DNA of 64,000 nucleotides from Hyalangium minutum (lineage in GTDB: Bacteria > Myxococcota > Myxococcia > Myxococcales > Myxococcaceae), in assembly GCF_000737315.1 (NCBI RefSeq), contig NZ_JMCB01000004.1, positions 310,001 through 374,000 of the forward strand. Direction: 5' to 3'. This document shows, one piece after another, positions 1-9,537 of this stretch; positions within the stretch are counted from its first letter, which is position 1, and each line of letters starts with the position of its first letter. The notes below the pieces were generated by a model. The model saw only the letters and a list, made by a program, of their open reading frames with translations. It was not told the DNA's origin and searched no databases. The translations under genes were made by a program, and so were the position numbers.

Positions 1-1
1 G

Positions 2-142
2 ATTCCGCGCGGAGAGGTCCAGGTGTTCGCGCGGAGGACGGCCGCCGAGGAGGGCAAGCAGACCTTCCACGTGGCCTCGTGGGATACGCAGGGACGGCCC
101 GTCGCCCTCTTTCGGGGGTTCGCCGTGCAGGAGGTGCCGTGA
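2..142 (+). CDS. 3' end of upstream gene (partial), C-terminus resembles a PKS dehydratase/hotdog domain
   Basis: Frame 2 reads IPRGEVQVFARRTAAEEGKQTFHVASWDTQGRPVALFRGFAVQEVP* with TGA at 140-142 overlapping the next GTG (GTGA coupling); the 'DxxGRPVAxxxGF' ending resembles PKS DH C-termini. Confidence 0.55.
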   Translation: MPRGEVQVFARRTAAEEGKQTFHVASWDTQGRPVALFRGFAVQEVP

Positions 143-3100
143 GCGCCGCGCTGTTCCGGCCTGTCGCCATCGTGGGCGTGGGGTGTGTCTTTCCCAAGGC
201 GAACAGCCCCGAGGCCTTCTGGACGCAGCTCTCGACAGGCGCCACGGCCCTCGGCGAGCTGAACGAGCGGGAGTTCCGGCCGGAGTGGTACTACGACCCC
301 TCGCGCACCGCCCCCGACCGTACCTCCTGCCGCTACGGCGCACTCGTGGACGAGCCCCGGCTGGATGCCAGGAAGTACCGCATCCCGCCGAGGGTGCTGC
401 AGGACATGCACCGGATGCAGCTCGCCTTCATTGATGCGACGGCCCAAGCGCTGGAGGATGCCCGGGGCGGCATGGGCCAGGTCGCGCCGGAGCGCATGGG
501 CCTGGTGCTGGGTTCTCTCGGCGGTGGCCTGCGTCCCGGCACCCGCGTCCAGAGCCGGCTCTTGGACATGCTGCGCTCGCTGTCCGCGTCGGCGACGTTG
601 GCCTCGCTTCATCCGGGCCTCACTTCCGAGCTGGCGGCGGCGCTCACCCAGCAGCTCGAGGCGGAGCTGGCCGGAACCAGCGAGACGGAAGCGACCGCGT
701 CGTTCAGCAGCATCTGGGGCGGACGGGCCGCCAAGCTCTTCGACTTGCGGGGGCCGCACTTCTCCGTGGACGCGGGCTATGCGTCCACGCTCGCGGCCAT
801 CCAGAGCGCCAGCCAGCAGCTCAACTCCGGTGACTGCGATGGGGTGGTGGCGGCGGGTTGCAGCCAGTTGCTGACGCCGCATGACCTCGTCGCGTTCAGC
901 AAGCTCGGGGGGTTGGGGACCTCCGTGCTGGCGCCGTTCGACCGGCGCTCGAGCGGGACCCTGCTGGGCGAAGGGGTTGGGGTGTTCGTTCTCCGCCGCT
1001 TGGAGGATGCCCTGGCGGCCGGCGCAAAGGTCTATGCCGTCATTCGGGGCATCGGCGCGGCATCGGGTGGCAGGGGCACCTCCCTGGTGGCGCCGAACCC
1101 GAAGGGGCAGATCCTGGCGATGCGCAGGGCCTATGCACAGGCCGAGTACGGGCCCCGCGACGTCCAGTACGTCGAGTGCCATGCCTCGGGGATTCCCCTG
1201 GAGGACGCGGCCGAGTTCCAGAGCCTGCGGGAGGTCTGGAGCGAAGGGGAAGGCGCGTCCCCCGTCATGCTGGGAGGCGTCAAGGAGCTGACCGGGCACC
1301 TCCAGGCGGCCTCGGGCGCGGCGGGCCTGCTCAAGACCACCCTGGCACTGTTCCACAAGGTGCTGCCGCCGCAGCACTCGTTTCAGGAAGGCGCCGAGGG
1401 AGTCGACCTGCGCGGCACGCCGTTCTACTTCACGCGGGAAGGCAGGCCCTGGCCAGCCGTCGCGAATGGGCTGCGGCGGGCTTCCGTCAGCGCCTTCGGC
1501 TTCGGCGGGCTGAGCTACCACCTGACGCTCGAGGAGTTCTCCGCCGACGCGCATGCGCGCCTGGCCCGCTCCCTGCCGCCCCCTCGGCCCGCCGAGCCGA
1601 TTGCCATCGTGGGACTGGGAGGCGTGTTTCCCGGCGCGGAAAACGCCGAGCAGCTCTGGAGCAACCTGCTGGCGAAGCACTGCGCGATTGGAGCCATTCC
1701 GCCCGAGCGGGCCGAGACCGCTCGCTACCTGGATCCGGCGCGCAAGAGCAAGGTCCGGCCCTACACCAACCTTGCGGGCTCCATCGTCGACGGGAGCTGG
1801 CCCCAGGAGCGGGTCCGCCTCCCTCCCGAGGCCGTGGCGCAGATCGACCGGGGACAGAGCTGGACGATGAAGGCGGCCCTGCAGGCGCTCGACGACGCTG
1901 GCTGGCGGCCCGGGGGCGTCGACTCCCAGCAGGTCGGGGTCGCGATGGGCTACATGCCGCCGCTGGAGCGGGAGTTCCTGACGCAGGCGCGCGTGTACTA
2001 CGCCGAGTTCGACGGGCGGCTGGCGGAGCAGCTGCGGCGGCGCGGCGTCGACGATGCGACGGCGGCGAGAATCCGTGAGGAGGTGGAGCAGGACTACAAG
2101 CGGGAGTTGCCGCCCATCACCGAGCAGACGTTGCCGGGCTACCTGGGCAGCCTCGCCGTGGGCCGCGTCGCCCATCACCTGGACCTCCAGGGACCGGCGA
2201 TGATGGTGGAGTCCGCCTGTGCCTCCAGCCTGGCGGCCATGGAGATCGCCGCCAACTTCCTGCACACCCGGGAGTGCGATCTGGTGCTGGCAGGCGGCAT
2301 GTATGCCTCGCTCGGAGTGGATGCCCTGGTCCAGTGGTGCTCCTTCGGGGGGTTGTCCCAGAACGGCTCCTTCCCCTTCGATGCACGGGCCGACGGCTAC
2401 GTGACGAGCGAAGGGGCGGCCATGCTCGCGCTGAAGCGCCTCTCGGATGCGCAGGCGGCCGGCGATCGCATCTACGCGGTGATTCGCGCCGTCGCGGGCG
2501 CGACCGACCCGAAGAGCGCCTCCATCTGGGCGCCCTCCTCGGAGGGCCAGGTCCAGGCGGTGCGCAGGGCCGTGGAGAAAGCCGGGGTCACGCCGGACGA
2601 CATCCAGTACCTGGAGGGACATGGTACGGGGACCCCGGTGGGAGATCCCATCGAGGTGGAGACCTATCGCTCGGTCTACGGGCAGGGCCGCCCGGGGAGG
2701 CGAGTCCTCCTGGGCTCCATCAAGTCGAACCTGGGGCACTTGAACTCCGGGGCCGGCGCTGTGTCGCTGCTCAAGGTCGCGCTGTCCCTGCACCATGGGC
2801 AGGTCCCGCCCAACGCGGGCTTCGCGACGCCCAATCCGTCCATTCCCTGGAGCGCGCTGCCCTTCCGGGTGCCGGCGGAGGCCGAGCCCTGGGTGGCCTC
2901 GGAGAACAGCGTCCGGCGAGCGGGCGTCACCTCGCTGGGGCTGGGCGGCACCAGCTTCCACGCCATCGTGGAGGAGCCTCCCCCCCGGGCCTCGCCGCGA
3001 ACCGTTCCAGCGCCTGTGGGCGCTCAACTGAATCCACCGATTGTTCAAAGGGCACGTGAGATGACCCCGGAACCGCAAGCAGCCACCCGAACGTCCATGC

Positions 3101-6100
3101 CCATCGCCATCATCGGGGCTTCGTGTCAGGTGGCAGGCGCCGATACGCCCGAGCAATTCTGGCAGTACATCGTGGAGGGCAAGCCCCGGTTCACCCAAGT
3201 GCCGGCCTCCCGCTTTCGCTGGGAGAGCTTCTACAGCCAGGACCCCTCCGAGACGGAGAAGGGCGAGGTGTGGAGGGCGTCCTTCTTCAACGACCTGGAG
3301 CTGCCGTGGCGTGAGTACAAGGTCGGGCCGAAGATGCTCGATGAGCTCCACCGCTGCGAGCTGTACACGGTGGAGGCGATCCGCCGGGCCCTGGCGGACG
3401 CGCGCCTGCTGGACCGTGCATTCCCCCGGGAGCGGACGGCCGTCATCATGGGCGGGACGGAGATGGGCTACGACTCTCGCATCACCCATCCCTTCCTCTG
3501 GCACCTCCCTCAGTTGATGGAGTCCATCCGGGCGGCGATGGATGGCTCGGGGCTTCCCGAGGACGCCCGTCGCCGCATCCTGGAGGACGCGGAGAGGAAC
3601 TTCCGCGAGGTCAGCCATCGCGAGTTCACCCGAGGCACCGTCTCCGGCATGAGCCTGGCCCTGGGGCGGGCGTGCTCGCTGTTCGACTTGAAGGGGCCGC
3701 ACTACGTCGTGAACGCCGCCTGCTCGTCCGTCATGGCGGCGCTCGAGAACGCGGTCAACGGGCTCACACTGCGGGACTACGACGTCGCGCTGGTGGGAGG
3801 CACCAGCCCCTACCTGACGCCCGCGCCCTTCGTCACCTTCGAGCGCATGCGGCTGCTGACGCGCGAGGCGCAGCCTCGTCCCTTCGACGCCGGGGCCAGC
3901 GGAACGCTCTTGGGGGAGGGCACTGGCTTCTTCGTGCTGCGACGGCTCGACGATGCGATCAAGAACGGGGACACCATCCTCGGCGTCATCCGGGGAATCA
4001 GCGGGGCGAATGACGGGCGCCGAGGCGCGCTCCTCAGCCCGCCCGTGGAGGCCCAAACCCTGGCGGCCCGGCGCGCCTATGAGCTCGCGGGGTACGCGCC
4101 CGACTCGGTCCAGTACCTGGAGTGTCACGCCAACGGCGTCGAGTTCCTGGAGGCCTCCGAGCTGGAGGCGATGGGGCAGGTGTTCGGCAGCCGCGCACCC
4201 CGAAGCCTCACGATTGGCTCGACCAAGAACATGGTGGGCTATCTGCTCTCGGCCTCGACGATGCCGGGCCTCGTCCGCACGTTGATGGCCCTGAAGCACC
4301 AGGCGCTGCCGGCCCAGGGGCACGTGCGCCAGCTGCGCGACGAGCTGCGCGTGGAGGGGACGCCCTTCCAGGTCCTCTCGGAGCTTCGCCCTTGGAATGC
4401 CCCTGCTGGCGGAGTGCCCCGCCGTGCGGGCGTGAACTCGCTGGCGATGGGCGGACAGGCCTACCACCTCACGTTGGAGGAGTACCTGCCCGAGTACCAC
4501 GCCCGGCTGGCCGCGAGCCTCGGCCCCCCGCCGAAGCGGGAGCCCGTGGCCGTCGTGTCGTACGGAGCCCTGGCGCCCGGCGCGCACAACAGCGACACGT
4601 TCTTCGAGAACGTGCTGGCGAAGAAGGACCAGATCATCCGGGTCCCCAAGGACCGGTTCGACATCGACCGGTACTACGGTCCCGAGGGAGTGACGGGGAA
4701 GATCTACTGCCCGCTGGGAGGCTTCCTTGAGGACTTCACCTTCGACGAGAAGGCGTTCCTCATCCCGCCGATGCTGGCGGCCCAGCTCGACCGCTCCCAC
4801 ACATTCGCGCTGACGGCCGCCGCCGAGGCGCTCCGCAAGACGACCGCGCCGCAGAAGGTGCCGCAGCGAACCGCCGTCTTTCTGGCGGACATGCCCGGGC
4901 GCCTGCGCGAGCGCGAGGTGGAGCTGCGCATCTCCTATACCGAGATGGATGCACTCTTCCGGCGGGTGCTCCAAGACAACGGGGTGCCCACCGCCACCAC
5001 CGAGCGGATCGCCCGCCAGGCCGAGGGCCACTTCAAGGCAGACATGGCGCCCATGACGCCCTACACCCACGCGGGGTATGCCGGCAGCACGGAGGCTACG
5101 ATCATCGCGCATGTCTACGGGTTCAAGGGCGCCACCAGCATCTTCGAGAGCACCTGTGCGTCGTCGCTGGCCGCCATCGAGGCGGCCGTGGCGAGCCTCC
5201 AGCTGGACCTCACAGACGTCGTGCTGGCGGGCGGCACCTTCGCGGATCTGGAGCCCGATCTGTATGCCATCAACTGCACCTTCCGGGGCATGAGTGGAAC
5301 CGGGAGCCGCCCCTTCGACGCGGACGCGTCCGGGTTCATCCCCGGAGAAGGCGCGGGCGTCGTCGTGCTCAAGCGGCTGAAGGACGCGGAGCGGGATGGC
5401 GACACGATTCTCGGCGTCATCAAGGGGATTGGCTCCTCCAGTGATGGAAAGGGCAAGTCCCTGCTCGCGCCCAACCAGGTGGGCCAGGAGCTGGCGGTGC
5501 GGCGTGCTCTGGAGCGAGCGGAGATCTCACCGGCTTCCATCCAGTACATTGAATGCCATGGCACGGCGACCCCGGTGGGAGACTTCACCGAGATCTCCAC
5601 CTACTCACAGGTCATGCAGGGGCGTCCGCCGCGCTCCGTGGGAATCGGCTCGGTGAAGTCGATGATTGGCCACCTGCACTCAGCCGCGGGCGTCATCAAC
5701 CTTGTCAAGGTGTTGAAGAGCCTGGAGCGCAAGGTGCTTCCGCCGCAGATTCACTTCGAGCGCCCGAACCCGGACATCACGTGGGACACGGTGCCGTTCG
5801 AGGTCATCACGGAGCAGCGGCCCTGGGCCGCTCCCGCCGATGGGGGGCCACGCCGGGCGGGCGTCAGCGCCTTTGGCATGGGCGGCACCAACTACCACCT
5901 GGTGGTCGAGGAGTACCTGGGGCGACAGGAGGCCGAGGCACTGAGTCCTTCGGCCTTCCCCATGGTGGGCACGGTGGTGGAGCGCACCGCGGATTCGCTG
6001 ACTGCGGTGCGAGAGCTGAGCCTGGAGACGGATCCCTACCTGCGCGAGCACCGGGTGAATGGGGTCGGGGTGCTCCCCGGTACCTTCGGCATGGAGATGA

Positions 6101-6912
6101 TGGCCGAGGCGGCCCTGCTGCTTCGGCCTGGCCTCCACGTGGAGGGGCTCGAAGACGTTCGCTACCACCAAGCCGCCAAGGTCTGGGAGGGGAAGCGCTC
6201 GCGGCTCATCGCCACCGCCCGGGCGGGACAGGCGGACGCCGCCGGGCGCGTGTCCGTGGCGCTCCAGGTGGACCTGGAGCTCAAGCCTCGCGTGGACCTG
6301 CCCACCGTCCGCCGCAAGCTCTACACGGGCACCGTGGTGCTCTCCGCCCGGCGGGCCGTTCCCCCGGGTGACGCCGTGACGGTGGATGCCAGGACGGCGG
6401 CGCTCTGCACGACCGAAGGCCGTCAAGACTTCCGGCCGCTCTACAACCACGGCGAGGAGACCTACCTGGGGTCCTGCATGCAGGGCTGCCGCTACCTGCG
6501 CTTCCTGTCGGACACGCAGCAGGCGGCGTGGGTGGTGGAGGAGGGGCTGAACGGCCTCTTCTCGTTCACCTCGGGGCCGCGAATGCGAGTGGCGCCGCTC
6601 GCGCTCGATGCCATCAACCACGCCGCTGGCATGGCCGCCTACTACCAGCTCGAGCGCCTCGTTCTTCCGGAGGGCGTGGATCGTCTGCGGCTCCATGAGG
6701 CGATTCCCGTGGGAGAGGAGATCGCCGTCCTCTGTACCTACCTGGGCGTCAGCGACGGAATCGCCAGGCTTCGGGCCGTGGCCTTCCAGCCGCAGACACG
6801 AAAGGTGTACGTCGAGATCGACGGGCTCCGCTTCAGCATGCTGGGGCACCTGGGCCCGGTGCTCAAACCCATCATTGATGGCCGCCAGAAAGGGACGCGG
6901 GGCCGGGCGTAG
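139..6912 (+). CDS. PUFA-synthase-like type I PKS: KS0-KS-KS*-KS-DH, no AT/KR/ACP/TE
   Basis: Start moved to GTG 139 (GGAGG at 130-134, coupled to upstream stop). Four KS repeats (PVAIVG, PIAIVG, PIAIIG, PVAVVS), active-site motifs DAGYAS / ESACAS / NAACSS / ESTCAS, and a C-terminal DH with HRVNGVGVLPG and LDAINH motifs. Confidence 0.9.
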   Translation: MSAALFRPVAIVGVGCVFPKANSPEAFWTQLSTGATALGELNEREFRPEWYYDPSRTAPDRTSCRYGALVDEPRLDARKYRIPPRVLQDMHRMQLAFIDATAQALEDARGGMGQVAPERMGLVLGSLGGGLRPGTRVQSRLLDMLRSLSASATLASLHPGLTSELAAALTQQLEAELAGTSETEATASFSSIWGGRAAKLFDLRGPHFSVDAGYASTLAAIQSASQQLNSGDCDGVVAAGCSQLLTPHDLVAFSKLGGLGTSVLAPFDRRSSGTLLGEGVGVFVLRRLEDALAAGAKVYAVIRGIGAASGGRGTSLVAPNPKGQILAMRRAYAQAEYGPRDVQYVECHASGIPLEDAAEFQSLREVWSEGEGASPVMLGGVKELTGHLQAASGAAGLLKTTLALFHKVLPPQHSFQEGAEGVDLRGTPFYFTREGRPWPAVANGLRRASVSAFGFGGLSYHLTLEEFSADAHARLARSLPPPRPAEPIAIVGLGGVFPGAENAEQLWSNLLAKHCAIGAIPPERAETARYLDPARKSKVRPYTNLAGSIVDGSWPQERVRLPPEAVAQIDRGQSWTMKAALQALDDAGWRPGGVDSQQVGVAMGYMPPLEREFLTQARVYYAEFDGRLAEQLRRRGVDDATAARIREEVEQDYKRELPPITEQTLPGYLGSLAVGRVAHHLDLQGPAMMVESACASSLAAMEIAANFLHTRECDLVLAGGMYASLGVDALVQWCSFGGLSQNGSFPFDARADGYVTSEGAAMLALKRLSDAQAAGDRIYAVIRAVAGATDPKSASIWAPSSEGQVQAVRRAVEKAGVTPDDIQYLEGHGTGTPVGDPIEVETYRSVYGQGRPGRRVLLGSIKSNLGHLNSGAGAVSLLKVALSLHHGQVPPNAGFATPNPSIPWSALPFRVPAEAEPWVASENSVRRAGVTSLGLGGTSFHAIVEEPPPRASPRTVPAPVGAQLNPPIVQRAREMTPEPQAATRTSMPIAIIGASCQVAGADTPEQFWQYIVEGKPRFTQVPASRFRWESFYSQDPSETEKGEVWRASFFNDLELPWREYKVGPKMLDELHRCELYTVEAIRRALADARLLDRAFPRERTAVIMGGTEMGYDSRITHPFLWHLPQLMESIRAAMDGSGLPEDARRRILEDAERNFREVSHREFTRGTVSGMSLALGRACSLFDLKGPHYVVNAACSSVMAALENAVNGLTLRDYDVALVGGTSPYLTPAPFVTFERMRLLTREAQPRPFDAGASGTLLGEGTGFFVLRRLDDAIKNGDTILGVIRGISGANDGRRGALLSPPVEAQTLAARRAYELAGYAPDSVQYLECHANGVEFLEASELEAMGQVFGSRAPRSLTIGSTKNMVGYLLSASTMPGLVRTLMALKHQALPAQGHVRQLRDELRVEGTPFQVLSELRPWNAPAGGVPRRAGVNSLAMGGQAYHLTLEEYLPEYHARLAASLGPPPKREPVAVVSYGALAPGAHNSDTFFENVLAKKDQIIRVPKDRFDIDRYYGPEGVTGKIYCPLGGFLEDFTFDEKAFLIPPMLAAQLDRSHTFALTAAAEALRKTTAPQKVPQRTAVFLADMPGRLREREVELRISYTEMDALFRRVLQDNGVPTATTERIARQAEGHFKADMAPMTPYTHAGYAGSTEATIIAHVYGFKGATSIFESTCASSLAAIEAAVASLQLDLTDVVLAGGTFADLEPDLYAINCTFRGMSGTGSRPFDADASGFIPGEGAGVVVLKRLKDAERDGDTILGVIKGIGSSSDGKGKSLLAPNQVGQELAVRRALERAEISPASIQYIECHGTATPVGDFTEISTYSQVMQGRPPRSVGIGSVKSMIGHLHSAAGVINLVKVLKSLERKVLPPQIHFERPNPDITWDTVPFEVITEQRPWAAPADGGPRRAGVSAFGMGGTNYHLVVEEYLGRQEAEALSPSAFPMVGTVVERTADSLTAVRELSLETDPYLREHRVNGVGVLPGTFGMEMMAEAALLLRPGLHVEGLEDVRYHQAAKVWEGKRSRLIATARAGQADAAGRVSVALQVDLELKPRVDLPTVRRKLYTGTVVLSARRAVPPGDAVTVDARTAALCTTEGRQDFRPLYNHGEETYLGSCMQGCRYLRFLSDTQQAAWVVEEGLNGLFSFTSGPRMRVAPLALDAINHAAGMAAYYQLERLVLPEGVDRLRLHEAIPVGEEIAVLCTYLGVSDGIARLRAVAFQPQTRKVYVEIDGLRFSMLGHLGPVLKPIIDGRQKGTRGRA

Positions 6913-6941
6913 TCCCGCGCCCACCCTGCGCGACTCACACC

Positions 6942-8540
6942 ATGTCTTCTCCTCCGTCCTTTCAGACGCCGTTCCTCGTGGGGGTTCGCGCGGCCGGCCT
7001 GTTGCTGTGTGTGCTGTCCTGGCCTCTGGGCGGGGCGGCTTGGCTCGTGTTCGCCTGGGGCGCGCTGAGCCTGCTGCGCATGCCTCGCCGGAGGCTGCTC
7101 GTGGAGCTCGCCATCGCCTCCATGCTGTTGCTCGCGGTGGCGCCCGGCTGGGCGCCGCTGGTGGGCGCCACCGTGATGCTGCTGGTGATTCCGCTCGCGC
7201 CCGAATCAGGGGCCCTGAACCTGAACGGCCTGGACCGCTACTTCTACCTGCAGGACGGCCCGAACTCGCGGATGAACTCGCACCACTTCGTGGACACGGA
7301 CGCCCCGCTGGAGCGCGAGCCGCTGGAGCGCGCCGTCGCCGCCATGCTGCACGAGGTGCCCCTGGCCCGCTCGTTCGTGCGCGAGGCGCCGCTGAGCGTT
7401 GCGCGGTTCGTGGCCCGGCGCCCCTGGGTGGGAGCGGCGGAGCTTCTGTGCTGGTCCGACGCTCCCGTCGAGGCGGGGGACTCGCGCGCGCTGGACGCGC
7501 CCATGGACCTGCGGCGCCTGCCACCGTGGCGGGTCATCCACGCGCCTCGATCCGAAGGGGGGTACCGCCTGTGCCTCACGGTGCACCACAGCGCCGTCGA
7601 TGGGGAGGGGGGCCTGTTGATGCTCGACCTGCTGGTGCGCCGCTACAACGAGCTGCGCGCGGGGAGGCCGCTCACGCCGCAGGTCCCTGCTCACGGTGGC
7701 CAGCGGCTGCGCGAGATGCTGCGGCCTCGGGGGCTGGGCTGGACCCTGCGGATGATGAGGCGTCACGTCGCCGCCGCCGACAAGCACAAGGGGGCGTCGG
7801 CCCTGCTCGCGGATGATGCCGCCGCACATCCCACGCACACCCGGCACCACCTGCTGCGCATTCCGGGAGCCACTTGGCAGCGCCTCAAGGCCGTCTCCAC
7901 CGCCAAGGGGGTGAGCCGCAATGATCTGTTGGTGGGTGCCGTCTTTCGCGCGGCCAGCGCCCTCCGCCAAGAGCGCGGGTGGCCCGAGCTGCGCTTCCGG
8001 TCCTTTGTGCCCGCGAACCTCCGTGAGGCGCTGGGGGTTCCCTCCGGGCTGGGCAACTACCTGGGAATGCTGGATGTCGTGGCACTCCCGGAGGACATCC
8101 ACTCCCCGGAGCTGGAAAAGCGCCTCTCCGAGTCCATCCGGAGCAAGCGCGTCCTCGATGAGGCCGTGGGCTTCATGGTCAACATGGGGCTGCTGACGCT
8201 CATGCCACCGGCGATGTTTAGAGCGGCGCTGCGCAGCAACGAGGCCGATCCCTCCTCGTTCATCTACTCGATGGTCGTGAGCACCATCCGTCAACCCGAG
8301 GAGCTGGCCCTGCCCGAGGGCGTCACCACCGAGCGGGTCTTGGTGCGCGGCTCACTCACGGGGAGTCCCTGCTTCGGCGTCGTCATCATCCACTCCGGTG
8401 GACAGGTGCATGGAGTGCTCGAGTACCTCTCTCCGACCGTCCGCGACGAGACCGCCCGCGAGTTCGCCGAGAGATGGCTGGCCGAAGTCGATCGGTTGGC
8501 AGGGGCGGGAGACCTTCATGAACAACATCGTGCGGGATGA
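6942..8540 (+). CDS. Membrane-anchored condensation-domain/CoA-dependent acyltransferase (PapA5/WS-DGAT-like fold)
   Basis: About 85 hydrophobic N-terminal residues followed by a domain with VHHSAVDG (HHxxxDG) and an FVPANLR motif. Confidence 0.75.
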   Translation: MSSPPSFQTPFLVGVRAAGLLLCVLSWPLGGAAWLVFAWGALSLLRMPRRRLLVELAIASMLLLAVAPGWAPLVGATVMLLVIPLAPESGALNLNGLDRYFYLQDGPNSRMNSHHFVDTDAPLEREPLERAVAAMLHEVPLARSFVREAPLSVARFVARRPWVGAAELLCWSDAPVEAGDSRALDAPMDLRRLPPWRVIHAPRSEGGYRLCLTVHHSAVDGEGGLLMLDLLVRRYNELRAGRPLTPQVPAHGGQRLREMLRPRGLGWTLRMMRRHVAAADKHKGASALLADDAAAHPTHTRHHLLRIPGATWQRLKAVSTAKGVSRNDLLVGAVFRAASALRQERGWPELRFRSFVPANLREALGVPSGLGNYLGMLDVVALPEDIHSPELEKRLSESIRSKRVLDEAVGFMVNMGLLTLMPPAMFRAALRSNEADPSSFIYSMVVSTIRQPEELALPEGVTTERVLVRGSLTGSPCFGVVIIHSGGQVHGVLEYLSPTVRDETAREFAERWLAEVDRLAGAGDLHEQHRAG

Positions 8541-9489
8541 GGCAGCAGGCCGGTGGGCGTGGATCTTTCCGGGACAGGGCTCCCAGAAAGTGGGCATGGG
8601 GCGGAAGATGCTCGAGCGCTCCAGCGCGGCCCGGCGGGTCTTCGAGGAGGCATCGGACGCCATCGGGGTGGACCTCGCCCGGCTGTGCCTGGAGGGGCCT
8701 GCCGAGACGCTGATGGCGACCGAGAACGCCCAGCCGGCCATCGTGACGGTGAGCGCGGCCTGCCTGGCGGAGCTGGAAGAGCGAGGGCTCGCGCCGCCGG
8801 TCGTGGCAGGGCACAGCGTGGGGGAGTTCTCGGCCCTGGTGGCGGCCCGGTGCCTGCCGCTGGCGGCGGCTGTCCGTGCGGTGCGGAAGCGGGGGCAGCT
8901 CATGGCGAGCGTGAGGGCGCCTGGAGGAATGCTGGCCGTCATGGGCCTGGATGGGGCGCGGGTCGCTGAGCTGTGCCGCGAGGCCGCGCGGGACGGAGTA
9001 GTCGTGGTGGCCATCCACAACAGCCCGCAGCAGTTCGTGCTCTCTGGAGACCTGGGGGCCCTGGAGCGGTTCAAGGACGTCGCCACCTCCGCCGGAGCCA
9101 AAGAGTGCGTGATGCTGGAGGTGAGCCACGCCTTCCACTCCCCGCTGATGGGGCAGATTCACGAGGAGTGGCGGGCCGTGGTCGCGAGCCTGCAGCTCCG
9201 GATGCCCAGGTGCCCCGTGTTCCTCAACACGACGGCGAAAACGGTGAAGACGCTGGTCTGTATCCGGCAGTCACTGCTGGTGCAGATCACGGCTCCCATC
9301 TTGTGGATGCAGTGTGTGCAGGGCCTCGTCGAGCTGGGCGTGACGCGGGTGTTGGAGGTCGGAGACAGCAAGGTCGTGTCCTCCCTTGCGCGGCGGTCCG
9401 TCCCGACCCTCCAGACGCTGACGTTTCAAGAGCCCACGGTCTTGAATCAGCTGGGCGGCGCGGACACCTCGCGCGCAACCCCCGTGTAG
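8518..9489 (+). CDS. fabD: Malonyl-CoA:ACP transacylase (FabD-like, standalone AT)
   Basis: FPGQGSQ, GHSVG, RGQLM, AFHS motifs; start ATG 8518 overlaps the upstream gene end. Confidence 0.9.
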   Translation: MNNIVRDEAAGRWAWIFPGQGSQKVGMGRKMLERSSAARRVFEEASDAIGVDLARLCLEGPAETLMATENAQPAIVTVSAACLAELEERGLAPPVVAGHSVGEFSALVAARCLPLAAAVRAVRKRGQLMASVRAPGGMLAVMGLDGARVAELCREAARDGVVVVAIHNSPQQFVLSGDLGALERFKDVATSAGAKECVMLEVSHAFHSPLMGQIHEEWRAVVASLQLRMPRCPVFLNTTAKTVKTLVCIRQSLLVQITAPILWMQCVQGLVELGVTRVLEVGDSKVVSSLARRSVPTLQTLTFQEPTVLNQLGGADTSRATPV

Positions 9490-9537
9490 AAGCGCCCAAC
9501 CGGGCGCCTGCCATGAGGGCGGGAGGGTTCTCGGCGG

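Noticed and set aside
9492-9507. GCGCCC-AACC-GGGCGC hairpin between convergent genes
   Set aside because: Only a 6-bp stem and no U tract; too weak to call a terminator.
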